Origin: Candidatus Zixiibacteriota bacterium
GTDB lineage: Bacteria; Zixibacteria; MSB-5A5; WJJR01; JAJRUJ01
Direction of reading: 5' to 3'
Assembly (NCBI GenBank): GCA_024277855.1
Contig: JAJRUJ010000113.1
Location: 8,889-72,888, forward strand
Length of the DNA stretch: 64,000 bases
Shown here: positions 37,713 to 49,500 of the stretch, one piece after another
Numbering within the stretch: the stretch's first letter is position 1
Layout of the letters: the number at the start of each line of letters is the position of its first letter
Notes under the pieces: generated by a model
What the model was told of the DNA's origin: nothing
What the model saw: only the letters and a program-made list of their open reading frames with translations
Databases searched by the model: none
Made by a program: the position numbers and the translations under genes

Positions 37713-39968
37713 CTACTCCACCCAATCGGCGATAAAAATGTTCGTTTCGTGCGAATTGTTATTGTTCCGGTTGGAACAAAACACCAATTTAGAACCGTCG
37801 GCGGAAAACATCGGGAAGGCATCAAAAGTCTCGTTATACGTGATTTGTTCCAGTCCCGTACCGTCATCGTTAATCAGATAAAGTTCGAAATTGCGCCCGG
37901 ATGGATCATTCATGTTCGACGAAAAAATGATCTGCCGGCCGTTAGGATGAAAAAAGGGACAGAAGTTGGCGGCGCCGTTGCGCGTGATCTGGCGGCGGTT
38001 GGAACCATCGACATCGGCGACAAATATTTCCATCTGCGACGGCCGCACGAGGTTCCGGGCCAGCAGACCCTGATATTCAGCGATGGCTTCAGGCGACTGC
38101 GGGTGATGGGCACGGTAGACAATTCGGCTGCCATCCGGCGAGAAAAAGGCGCCCCCGTCGTACCCGATTTCATGAGTCAAACGCCGCACATTGCTGCCAT
38201 CGGGATTCATCAGATAAAGTTCCAAATCTCCGTCGCGCACCGAGGTGAACAAAACTGTGTTACCATCGGAAGAATAGACGGCCTCGGCATCGTAACCCGG
38301 CGTGTCGGTCAACCGCCGAAGATCACTCCCATCGGGTTTTGCCGAGAATATATCGTAATCGGGATAAATTGCCCAGACATACCCCGCCTCATGGGACGGC
38401 TTCGGCGGGCACTCCTCTCCCCCGAGCCGGGTCGAGCTATATATTATTCGCTCTCCATCCGGCGCAAAAAATGAACAGGTCGTCACCCCGCCGCCGGTCG
38501 AAACCAGCCGCGGGTTTTCCCCGGCAATTCCCATGGTAAAGATCTGGTCGCAACCGAGACTGTCCCGAGTCGATTGAAAAATGAGTTGCCGGCCATCGGC
38601 GGAAAAGTATGCCTCAGCGTTCTCGCCCCCGAAAGTCAATTGGCGCAGGTTTTTCAAATGCCGTTCGCCCGGAAAGCGCAATGGATCGGTCAAGATCCGC
38701 TCGGGCTGATATGACCGCACAAACTGGATCCGATCGGAAAGTTTTGGATGGCTATACAACCAGAATTCGACAAATGCCGGTGGATTGGGATTGGCTAAAT
38801 TGCCCGCCGCCAGTTTCTCGAAGGCCCGCGCGGCCGCTTCGCCGTTCCCGGTATGGTCCATCCCGAAAATATCGGCCTGATGCTCAAAATGACGCCAAAT
38901 TCCACTCGTAATCGGCGAGGATAAAAACGCAAACAGGGATACAAAAAACAAAATAAGTGGAAAAGACGCGATATCCGAGAGCTGCGAGAAACCAAGACGC
39001 GATGAAAAGCGGCGGATTGTCGAACCGATCAATAAATTGGCCAGAAATAAGAGGATAAAAACCATCGCCACTGAAAGGAATACACCAATCCAGACATGGT
39101 TCATTAAATAGTGGCCCAATTCATGGCTGGTCACAAAAAGAATCTCGTCGTCGGACATCTGCTCCAACAAATTGTCATAGAAAACGATCCGTTTGGTCTC
39201 CCCCAGGCCGGTCACCATCGCGTTGAGTTTATTCGTGCTCTCCGACGCGTTCATTACAAAAATATCCGGATCGTCAACCCCGGCCTCGGAGGCAAGGTGT
39301 ACAATCCGCGCCTTGAGCGGCGATTCCTCCATTGGTTTGAAATCATAAAACATCGGCATCAGGAAAATCGGCGCGATAATCATAAAGAATATGATAAACG
39401 GCAAAGAACCGGCGCCGAACCAGACCCACCAGGTTCGGGGATATTTGCGGATAAGAGCATATAGAATCGCGACAAGCAAGACCGCGATAATCCAGCTGAT
39501 CAGGAATTCCTTTACCTGGTCCCAAAACCAACCACCGACCGATTGGTTGGACAATCCATACTGATGCTCGAGGTGATAACCGGAATAGTAATCGAGCGGC
39601 AAGCCGGTCAGTCCGATGACCAGGAAGATCAAGAACGTAAAGACCGCGATGGTCAGGAATCGCTTCCTGCCGATTTTGGCTGCCCAATTACGCAACCGGG
39701 AAGAAAATCCCGTGAGCAAAATCAGCAAAAGGACCAACAGTCCGTACCCCTCGCCGACGAAGTATAAAATATTTTTCGTATTGGAGTATTCTACGGTCTG
39801 TTGACGTTGTTCGGCACTCATCTGCCCCCACCCCGGGGTCACCGAACCACCCACCGAATCGCCGACTGCCCCACTCGGCTGGGCCGAAACAACCATCGGC
39901 AAGAGCACCATGCCCGCCAATATCAACGTAAGTACAATCAGGAATCTTGTGCTCACAATACCGTTCAT
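37713..39968 (-). CDS. M48 (Ste24-like) membrane metallopeptidase fused to TolB-like PD40 beta-propeller
   Basis: NAMVTGLG, HELGH, EHQAD, YSHP; then QLTFGGENAEAYFS, GYDAEA, GYDGGAFFSPDG, FDAFPMFS. Confidence 0.88.
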   Translation of the reverse strand: MNGIVSTRFLIVLTLILAGMVLLPMVVSAQPSGAVGDSVGGSVTPGWGQMSAEQRQQTVEYSNTKNILYFVGEGYGLLVLLLILLTGFSSRLRNWAAKIGRKRFLTIAVFTFLIFLVIGLTGLPLDYYSGYHLEHQYGLSNQSVGGWFWDQVKEFLISWIIAVLLVAILYALIRKYPRTWWVWFGAGSLPFIIFFMIIAPIFLMPMFYDFKPMEESPLKARIVHLASEAGVDDPDIFVMNASESTNKLNAMVTGLGETKRIVFYDNLLEQMSDDEILFVTSHELGHYLMNHVWIGVFLSVAMVFILLFLANLLIGSTIRRFSSRLGFSQLSDIASFPLILFFVSLFAFLSSPITSGIWRHFEHQADIFGMDHTGNGEAAARAFEKLAAGNLANPNPPAFVEFWLYSHPKLSDRIQFVRSYQPERILTDPLRFPGERHLKNLRQLTFGGENAEAYFSADGRQLIFQSTRDSLGCDQIFTMGIAGENPRLVSTGGGVTTCSFFAPDGERIIYSSTRLGGEECPPKPSHEAGYVWAIYPDYDIFSAKPDGSDLRRLTDTPGYDAEAVYSSDGNTVLFTSVRDGDLELYLMNPDGSNVRRLTHEIGYDGGAFFSPDGSRIVYRAHHPQSPEAIAEYQGLLARNLVRPSQMEIFVADVDGSNRRQITRNGAANFCPFFHPNGRQIIFSSNMNDPSGRNFELYLINDDGTGLEQITYNETFDAFPMFSADGSKLVFCSNRNNNNSHETNIFIADWVE

Positions 39969-40113
39969 CTACTCTCCTTTGCCTCGGCAGAACTTTGCCG
40001 ACACAAAAGTTAAACAGGCAATTGGACGAATGCAATTGTAATTTCGAAACATCCCTCGGGAGGGCTGGTCGGAGGCAGGCGGGAATTCGACGGAGCACCG
40101 CCCGCAGGCGGGA

Positions 40114-40779
40114 TTACTTCCTCGGCTTAAACCCGATGCGATGAAATGGATTGACAAATGCCGAGGCGACGTTGGTCAGGTGTGCACCTACGCGTTTAAG
40201 ATATCGAATATACAACGCCAGGGTGACGGCTTCGGGTTTGTTTAATTGGTCTTCACCGGCAATCAGCTCGCGGACTGTCTGGTCACACCCTTTGGTCAAA
40301 TTTCGGTGGTCGTCAAGTATTTCATTCGCAACGGTTTCATCGGAGTTGAGCAACGCCGCGATCACGGCATCAAAAAGTTCGCGGACACGCTCTTCCATCT
40401 CCTGAAGCTGAGATTCGTAGCGTTTTGCTTCCAGTCGCTTGGGGTGCCATTCCGCCAACTCGACGATATTTTTTGTATAATCGCCGATCCGCTCCAGATC
40501 GATGACAATCGCCGCGAGGATTAGCGCAGTATTTATGTCTTTGATCCCACTGATACTCAGATGAGTCAACAGGTTACGCCGCACCTCCTGTTGTAAGCCA
40601 TTAATCAGCTTGTCTTTCTCGCGAATATCAAAAGGCAGATCGGCATTATCCTGCTCCCGCAGAGATTGCGAAGCAGAAATAAACATAATCCGGCCTTCCT
40701 CAAGCATCTGCACGGCCTGTTTGAGAGAGTCGTCGAGCAATGACTCTTTACGGAAAACATCCAATAGATTTCGAAACAT
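40114..40779 (-). CDS. PhoU domain protein
   Basis: DKLIN..VRR, DLERIGDYTKNI, LKRVGAHLTNVAS. Confidence 0.85.
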   Translation of the reverse strand: MFRNLLDVFRKESLLDDSLKQAVQMLEEGRIMFISASQSLREQDNADLPFDIREKDKLINGLQQEVRRNLLTHLSISGIKDINTALILAAIVIDLERIGDYTKNIVELAEWHPKRLEAKRYESQLQEMEERVRELFDAVIAALLNSDETVANEILDDHRNLTKGCDQTVRELIAGEDQLNKPEAVTLALYIRYLKRVGAHLTNVASAFVNPFHRIGFKPRK

Positions 40780-40782
40780 CCT

Positions 40783-41865
40783 TCACCTCAACATATATAC
40801 GCTTAGAGGAACGACGAAAAACAAAACCAATATAAATACTATCGGCACCCAGCGATGATCAGCTGAGAGCTGCGAAAACTCCCGGGCGACGTACAGCGGC
40901 AATCGACGGATCGGCCAGATAAAGATACAACCAAAAACATTAAACAGCAGGTGGGCAAATGCCACGGCCACAGCCGCAGGCGATCCGGTCGCCAAGGACG
41001 CCAGAATGCCGGTTACCGTCGTACCGATATTGGCTCCCATCGCATACGGAAATAACTGCTCCAGGGTCAGCACACCCGCGCCGGCAAGGGGGATGGTGAT
41101 CGAGATGGCAACCGACGACGATTGAACTGTCGCCGTGAAAACTATCCCCAGAATAAAACTCCGCACCGCCGTGCGGAATATATACTGGCCGAAAAAACGT
41201 TCGATACGTTCCAGAATCAAAGATTTAAGTATCTTGACGATGAGCGCCAGGGAAACGGCCATCAACAAGAATCCGATGAGCAGAATGATCCACCCCTGTT
41301 TCGCGGCCAGATTGACCAATACGTGAATTGCGGGTTTTGTCACCATCTTCAGCGGACTGGCAAAGGTTAAGCCACCAACCTCGGCAAAAACGGTGCTCAG
41401 CGCCTCAGCCGCGATCCCCAGAAAATTCGTGAAATACTGCAAGGGGAAGAAAATCAACACGGAAAATATATTAAAAAAATCGTGGATTGTCGCCGCCGCG
41501 AATGCCCGCTGGAATTCGGCTCGCCGGGTTAAATGCCCCAGCGACACAAGAAAACTGGTGACTGATGTGCCGATGTTGGCTCCCATGACAATCGGGATGG
41601 CCGAAATGATCGGCATCGCCCCGCCACCGACAAGAACAACGATAAAAGAGGTGACAGTCGAAGAGGATTGCACAATGCTGGTGGCCAAAATCCCGGCAAA
41701 CAGGCCAACCAGCGGATCGGAGGCCGTGGACAGGATTTTGTTGGCCATTCCGCCACCGAAAAACTTGAAGGCCTCGCCAATCAGACCGACAGAAATTAAG
41801 AAGATGTATAACAATGAGAACAGTTCACAGATTCTAACCACTGTTTTCAATGTGTTTGTTCGCAC
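40783..41865 (-). CDS. Na/Pi cotransporter family protein
   Basis: Two VQSSS and MGANIGT repeats. Confidence 0.92.
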   Translation of the reverse strand: MRTNTLKTVVRICELFSLLYIFLISVGLIGEAFKFFGGGMANKILSTASDPLVGLFAGILATSIVQSSSTVTSFIVVLVGGGAMPIISAIPIVMGANIGTSVTSFLVSLGHLTRRAEFQRAFAAATIHDFFNIFSVLIFFPLQYFTNFLGIAAEALSTVFAEVGGLTFASPLKMVTKPAIHVLVNLAAKQGWIILLIGFLLMAVSLALIVKILKSLILERIERFFGQYIFRTAVRSFILGIVFTATVQSSSVAISITIPLAGAGVLTLEQLFPYAMGANIGTTVTGILASLATGSPAAVAVAFAHLLFNVFGCIFIWPIRRLPLYVAREFSQLSADHRWVPIVFILVLFFVVPLSVYMLR

Positions 41866-41964
41866 GACATCTCCCCTTCAAACCCGGTCCGGGTTGGAAC
41901 GGAAATACATACTGGTTAGTGGCTCATTAATCAAGCATTAATCCCGGCCGGGTGGTCCGCTTCA

Positions 41965-43467
41965 TCATTGTTTCAGCAGTGAATCAATTACATCCGCCAG
42001 GCGTTGAGCGATCAACCGATGACCCGCCGGTGTTGGATGACAATGGTCGATGAAAAGCCGCTCATTATCATGTTCACGAAAAATCCGGGAAACGTCCAGC
42101 ACTGTCGCCCGGCCGCCCTCGGCGGCGGCGAAAAGGGCCTGGCGATAGGGCGTTTTAATGCGCAAAGAATAATAGTCGCGATCGACAGTTTCCGAAAGAA
42201 TACGTCGCGAGCCTGCCGAGTCACCCACATCGGCCAGGGCGATACCTAAATTGTACCGCGCAACGTTAAAAGAAGAGTCGAGGTCGAGAGTCCGCACAAA
42301 ACACTCAAGCGCTTCATTGAACCTGCCGTTCCGCCAACGGAGCACACCCAGATTATTCAGACTGATCGGATCGGACGGATTATCCTTCAACTTCGCCTGG
42401 TAAGCCGACTCGATACTGTCTGCCGCGCCTTGATCGGCGTAAGCGCTGGCGAAGACTTCTCGAACATACGGGTCCACCCGGCCGTACAGCTTGTTGATGG
42501 TTGTCGGATCAAAACAGTAAGCCACCGGTCGCTCTAACCGCTCCTGCACCGGATCGGCAACAACCCAACTGCCCGCTGAATCGGTCATCCGTGAAAAGAG
42601 TTTGAATTGCAGACCGGCCGGCCAGCGGTAGGGCACCGGCGGATTAATGACAATTGTCTGCGCACCGATTCCCCGCGCCATCTCGGCGATCTGCCGGATA
42701 TTCTCACCAAACTCCTCAGGAGTGACCCGAACGGTGGGCAGTCGATCATCCGCGTTCACCCCCGCCGGCAGGACCGGCGAGATCAGATTTCGCATGAGCC
42801 GATAAGTCGCGAACCGATATAAGAACGATCGGGCCTTCTGCGCCCATCGCCGGGCGGCAAAAAGCTGCCGGTCGGTAAGATAGCCGTTAATCGACGCGTC
42901 GTTATTTCCAAAATAGCAGACAACAAAATCCGGCCGATAGGCGAGGCCGTCCTGCCGGAGAAACCTTTTCCCCTGTTCTGAGGTATAGCCGTTGACGGCC
43001 GCATTAATCAGTTCTACTTTTTTCAATCCACGCCATTTGTTACGGAGCAATTGGGCGGTCAATTCCCCAAAGGCCTCTTCCCGCCGTTGCAGCCCCAGTC
43101 CCACCGGCGAGGAGTCACCGAGAAGTAATATTCGCACCGTGTTCGGTGGTTTGTCCGGCTCGATCTCCGACGGACTCAATATGCCGCGTGAGTTGGTGGT
43201 GAAGAGGGGTTGTCGCAGGTGGCTGCGGAATTTCCAGAGCAGCGCGGCATCGGGTTGGTGGATACCGCCAAACGAACTGAACAACGTGTACTGCCAGAGA
43301 CGATAGCGGGCCGGGGCCTCATCCGCCCGGAATTCCACCGCGGCCCGGCGCATCATCGGCTCGATCAAACGGGCCGCAAACTCGATCACCAGCAGCCCCG
43401 CCAGGATTAAGATCAACCCATAAAGGGCGCTCCGGCCGCGACCCATCTGTCTTTTGTTACCGGACAT
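41965..43467 (-). CDS. SGNH/GDSL hydrolase with TPR insertion, N-terminal TM
   Basis: LGDS, NAAVNGYTS, FGNND, DHCHP. Confidence 0.85.
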   Translation of the reverse strand: MSGNKRQMGRGRSALYGLILILAGLLVIEFAARLIEPMMRRAAVEFRADEAPARYRLWQYTLFSSFGGIHQPDAALLWKFRSHLRQPLFTTNSRGILSPSEIEPDKPPNTVRILLLGDSSPVGLGLQRREEAFGELTAQLLRNKWRGLKKVELINAAVNGYTSEQGKRFLRQDGLAYRPDFVVCYFGNNDASINGYLTDRQLFAARRWAQKARSFLYRFATYRLMRNLISPVLPAGVNADDRLPTVRVTPEEFGENIRQIAEMARGIGAQTIVINPPVPYRWPAGLQFKLFSRMTDSAGSWVVADPVQERLERPVAYCFDPTTINKLYGRVDPYVREVFASAYADQGAADSIESAYQAKLKDNPSDPISLNNLGVLRWRNGRFNEALECFVRTLDLDSSFNVARYNLGIALADVGDSAGSRRILSETVDRDYYSLRIKTPYRQALFAAAEGGRATVLDVSRIFREHDNERLFIDHCHPTPAGHRLIAQRLADVIDSLLKQ

Positions 43468-43539
43468 GTTTGTCTTTGCTCTTTCTTAACAGAAGATAAA
43501 AAAGTCGGCGAAATTTGGCGAGAAAAATTACTGCTCCGG

Positions 43540-46500
43540 TTAGACCTGGGCCTGACCGGAGGGAGATTCGGGGATGGGCAGGGTAACCTTAAAGACCGCT
43601 CCCCCCTTGTCGCCGGCAGAAACGGTAACTGACCCTTTCAGAGTATCGACGATTTTTTTAACAACCGCGAGGCCGATCCCGGCCCCTTCCACACGTCGTC
43701 CGGCGGCCCGATGGAACAATTTGAAGATGTCCTCCCGCTTACTTTCCGGGATTCCCGGGCCGTTGTCGGCTACCGCTATCGTGAGGAACTCCGGCGAGAC
43801 CTGCCAATCCACCTCGACCTCCGGACGGCGATCAGGCGGCACATGCGCAACCGCATTACTCAACAAATTGAGTAAGACACGCTCCAAACCGATGCGCGTC
43901 GTCCGGCAGGTTTGAGATTGTCCGGGGCAATGAAACACCGCCCGGCGATGAGCAAACCGGTCGTCCACCTGCTCCCACAAATCCTCCAGCAGCGGACGCA
44001 GGTCGATTTCGTCGATTCGCTTGAGATAATCGCCGATTTTCGAATAGTCCAGCAATCCCTCAACCAAACGAAGCATGATATCGGCATTGGCCGAAATACG
44101 TTCACCCAACGGGCGAGTTTTGTCATCGAGAACCGCCTCCTGGAGCCGCATGAATTTTTTGATCAATTCCCGGATGGAAATCAGCGGGGTCTTGAGATCG
44201 TGCGACAGCGTCGAAACCAACAACTCCAATTCCCGGTTTTTAGTCTGGAATTGTGCCGCCAGTTCACTTGCCCGCAGATTCTCGACTTCGAGTTTTTGGA
44301 CAAGTTCGGAAAGCTCGGTATTTGCCCGATCCAAATCTCGGCCCTGTCGGCGCAGTTGCTCCAACATCTCCTCACGTTCGGTGACATCACGGACGGCAAC
44401 GGCAAATCGATCAATAACACCATCGGCATCAAAAAGCGGATAAATATTCGACACGAATTTTCTTCCTCCGCTTTCATCACGAAAGGCTATTGGTTGTCTC
44501 GTTTCAATGATAGTGTCCCGGTAAGCCCGCCTGGATTTTGCCACTTCGGGAGGGAAGAAGTCAAACACGTTCATCCCAGACAATTCTTCAATGCTTCCCC
44601 CCAGTTGGGCTGCCCCGCGTTCATTAAGCGCCAGAATTGTCCCATCCGTCTTAAGCAGAAAAGCACTATCCGGTGTCGAATTAAGGAGAGCGCGTGCAGT
44701 TTGTTCGCTCTCCATTAATTGATCCAGCGCCTTCTTGCGCTCGGTGATATCCATTAGCGCCCCGAGTAACGCCGGTTGACCGGCGAAGGTAACCTTGTCC
44801 AGACTGAGCAGGCACCAAAAACTACTGCCATCAGATCGCTTCCCCAAGATCTCATGATTCCGAATCGGCTCGCCCCGCTCAAGCATCTCGATGAACTTTT
44901 GTCGATTGCCGACATCGTGATACAGATCTTTGGCGTTGAGCTTCAGGACCTCTTCTGACGAACAACCATAGGTGGAACAGAGCTGGTCATTGGCAAAGAG
45001 GATTTCCCCATCCTGCAAACCGGTAATTGCCAGGGGGATTGGAATGGCAGTTGCAATGGTCCGAAAACGCTCTTCACTTTCGTGTAAGAGGGTCTCTGCT
45101 TGCTTGCGTTCGGTAATGTCTATCGCTGTCCCTTCCACATAACCAAATTCCGGATATAATTTGAGTGAGTGCAGAAAGATTCTTTCAGTCCCGTCAGGCA
45201 ATTTGAGCGCGATCTCTTTATCGGCAATAGACCCTTCTCTCAGCAGCCGCTTTCTCAATCGTTCTCGATGGGTTGGATCGATCCACAATTCGTCAGGCGG
45301 TGTAGCCAGGAATTCATCAATTGTCCGGCCCACCATCGCGGCTCCGGCCGGGTTCACCGTAAGAAACGCCGTGGCGTCTATATTCATCCGGAATATCCCG
45401 GCCGGGGAATTTTCGAAGAGGTTGTGATACCGGGCTTCGTTTTCCCGCAGAGCCAGTTCCGCCTCTTTTTGCGAGGTTATATCCAGCACCTGGCCCTGCC
45501 AGCGGATTATTTCGCCATCCTGTTTGACGATTTTGGCAATGGTCCGCACCCAATGGGTTTTCCCATCGTCGGTCCGGAGTCGATATTCATGGTCAAGAAG
45601 CTCCCCGGACGCACGGGCGGCATCTGAGGCAGCTTGTAATGCCTGCAGATCTTCGGCAAGAATCAAACTAAAATAATCGTCAAGATTGTTGCGGATTCGT
45701 TTCGCGGTCGCTAAACCGGCAATTTTCTCAATACCCGGCCCGATATACAGTGGAACCCGATGGCCATCAGGATATTCATCGTAAGTGAACACCACCCCGG
45801 CGATATTCTCAGCGAACGTGCGGAATTGTTCTTCCCGATCTTCCAAGGCTTTTCGTGCCTGTACTAACTCGCTGATTTCGATTGCCGTGGCCGACAAAAA
45901 CTGCGGAACCCCCTTATCGTCGGTGATAATCGTCGCGCTCATCAATGTCGGAAAGACCTCGCCGTTTTTCCGCACATGCCAGACCTCTTCGGCGACATAA
46001 AACCCATCGCGTTCAAGACGGGTGTTGAGCGCATAAACAAATCCGAGTTGCTCCGGCGCGTGGAAAACCGTAAGGTTCTCGCCAATAAGTTCCTCGGGCG
46101 TGTACTGATGCATCCCGGCAAACTCGCTGTTCAAGTACTGGATATTACCGTCCAGATCGACAATGGCCATGCCGTAGCTGGCCCGGTCGGAAATCGTCTT
46201 GAATTTGCGCAGTTCTTCTTCGGCCAGCCGTCGCTCGGTGATATCGGTGATGGTAATCAGGTTTGCCGGTCTGCCGCGATATTCCACTGTTTTGGAATAC
46301 TGGTCAATCCACTTCTGTTTTCCGCCTCCCGGAACGATTCGGTATGAATAATGGGTGATGATGTCGGCCTGTTCACCATCCTGCTTTTTGCGCGCCTGCC
46401 CCCCGACAAACTCCCGGTCGTCGGGGTGAACAAGATCGACAAAAACCTGGCGGGGAGACAACGCAAGCAATTCGTCGATTGAATACCCGATGATAGCGGC

Positions 46501-49500
46501 TGCGGCCTGATTTGCGTATTGCAGCCGGTCATCCTGCATGATCAGAATCCCCAGCAGGTTTTGCTCGGCCAACAATCTAAACCGGCTTTCCGACTCCCGC
46601 AACTCGTCCTCGGTGGTCTTCAGTTCGGTAATATCCAGGACGGAACTAAAAGCGCCGAGGTAGTCACCATTGTCGGCAAACCGGGGGGATATTGACGCAA
46701 GGATATTCTTGTGCGCTCCGGCCGGCGTCACAATATCCAATTCATATTGGAGTTTTTCATTTTTCCTGCTTTTTGCCGTCTCCGCCAGGATCAACGCATG
46801 TTGGTCTTCCGGAACATAGGAGAATAGACTCGTCCCCATCATCGATTCAGGGTCGTCTATGCCGAAAATCTTCGCGAAAGCCGGATTGCAAAATTCAATT
46901 ACTTCATGCTCGTCGACAATCCCGATCCCCTCCTGGAGAGAATCAAACAATTCCTGATATCGACGCTCAGACTGCTTGACCGATTCTTCGGCTATTTTTT
47001 GTTGAGTAATGTCGATGTCAATACCATCAATATAATCGATATTTCCCAGGTCGTCTTTCGTCGCCTGCATACTGCAGGAAACCCACCTCGTCGACCCATC
47101 CTTGCAGCGCATCTTACACACATAGTTCTCTACTGATCCGTGGGTCGACAATAGTGAGAGCATTGTGATCCGGTCCCGGGGATCGCAGTAGAGGTCGGTC
47201 ACCGGTTGACGAACCATTTCCTCGAGTGAATCGTAACCATACATCTGTACCATCGCCGGGTTCATATAAATGACTTCACCCTCCGGGGTGGAACGAAATA
47301 CACCGACCGGCAGATTTGATTGCAGGGATCGATATCGTTCTTCGGCTTCTTCGAGCGCTTCCTCGCCCAGGACTCGTTCGGTAATATCGAGGGCAAAAAT
47401 CGCCAGCCGGACGACCTGGCCGTCGGAATCGAGAATCGGATAATAAATTGCGTCGTAAATATCCCCGCCCCGACTTTCTTCACAACGAAGGACCTTTCCC
47501 GAGTGCAGGGCCTTTTCCACATTTTCCAATCTGGATTTCGCCGCCAACGGCGGGTAAAGATCGTTGAGTTGCTCCTGAATCTTTTTGCCGACCAATTCGT
47601 CCACCGAGCGGCCCATCCGCCCGGCGGCGGTTTCATTGAGGGTGAGGATCGTACCCTCACGGTCCAATAAAATCATCGATTCGGTCGCCGCGTTCAGCAG
47701 CGCGCGGGCGGTTTCCTCTGATTCGCGGAGTTGTGCCGCCGCCTCGTGACGCTCGGTAAGGTCGATTACCAGACCACGAGCGCCAACCGGACGGCCATCC
47801 CGGATAATCGACGTCGAGGAGATGAGGACCGGGAATTGGGTGCCGTCGCTGCGGATGGCCGTATATTCATGATCTGAACTTTCCCCACTCGTGATAATTT
47901 TTTGGAAATTTTCCCGCAAACGCCGCTGGTCGCCCTCGACAAACAGGTCAAACGCACTCACCCCCGCGTCAACGTCCGCCTGGGTGTAGCCAAACGCCTC
48001 GAGACCGGCGCGATTTGTGTAGACGATGTTTGCTTCGAGGTCGAGTTCGAATACCGTTTGTGGCAGAAGGTCGGCAAGCTCCCGGAACCGCAATTCACTA
48101 CGCCGGAGCGCCTCCGAAGCAAGAACTCTGTCGGTGACGTCAAATAAGACACCGTCGATGCCCAAAAAGTTTCCCTGCTCATCGAATCGGGAGGTTTTGT
48201 GATCCTCAACCCACCGGACGGCCTTTTCTCTGGTGAAAATCCGATATTGTTGGACAATGCTTTTCTGGATCGATTCGAGTTCCTTGGCGGCATTGAGAAC
48301 ACTGTCCCGATCTTCCGGGTGGACAAGGTCAATCCAACTTCGTTTTTCGCCCAGGAACTCCTCGGGCGGATACCCGCAAATTGCCTCGGTGTTTGAGATG
48401 AAATCAGTCGACCAGTCCGGGTTTCCCCGGTAAATCATCCCCGGAATATTGTAAGATAATGTGCGAAATTTCTCTTCGCTCTCCAGCAAGGCATCGGCAG
48501 CGAGTTTTTGCTCGGTCACATCATGCATTGTCCCTTCAACGGCAATCGGCCGGCGATTGGCATCATAGGTGACAACTCGTTCGACCATGACCCAGCGGAC
48601 CGAACCATCCCGGTGCAATACACGATATTGACGATTTTTCTGCCGGCCGTCTCGTGGGCCGGAATCCGCCTGCAAATTTCCATAAAAAAGTGGAATGTCG
48701 TCGGGATGGATCAATTCATTGACTAACTCATCCAGCGGCGTGGAGGTCATCTCCTCAACTGTCCATCCGGTCAACCGCTCGATAGCCGGGTTGACATATT
48801 CGACTTTCCCCCGGCTGAAGTCGACGCGATAAATGACCTCTTCGGTGTTGGCCAGCAGGTCCTGAAAACGCTCTTCGGTATCAACCAGTTTTTCTTTCGT
48901 CGAAACTCGTTCAAGGGCCTCAGCCGCCAGATGGACAAATAATTCAAGTCGACGGACAGTCGCCTCGTCCGGACGCGAACCATCGACCGGCGTATCAACC
49001 GAGGCATACCCCACGGTATCGCGCGACAGGTTAAAAATCGGCACAAACAACTGATCATCGGATTGCCACGACCCGGTGTTTCCCCCACCCGGCTGTACCG
49101 CCACGTGTCGACCTTCGTCGGCAAATTCGACATTTGCCTCAGCCGGCAGGAAATACGACTCCGACACTTTTACCGCGGCCGCGAAAATCGCCTGTCGCTT
49201 TTCCAGCGAAAGCCGGGGACCGTTCCGCGCCGCGGCAATAATATCGTCCGGGATCCCGTGGTGGCCAATCGCAATGATCTTGCCCTGATCGTCGTGCAGG
49301 GTCAACACGGCTCGAACATACAATCCGGCCTCGGCGATCGCCTCGGCAATGAGACTCAACACCTCATCGGGACTGGCTACCGATTGGATTTTGCGGGTCA
49401 CATGCCAAAGGACATCGCAGATCCATCCGGCGGGATTCTGAGCATCACTGCCACAGGAGGAATTATTTTCGGAGGACGAAGATTGAGGTGATGGTTCAGA

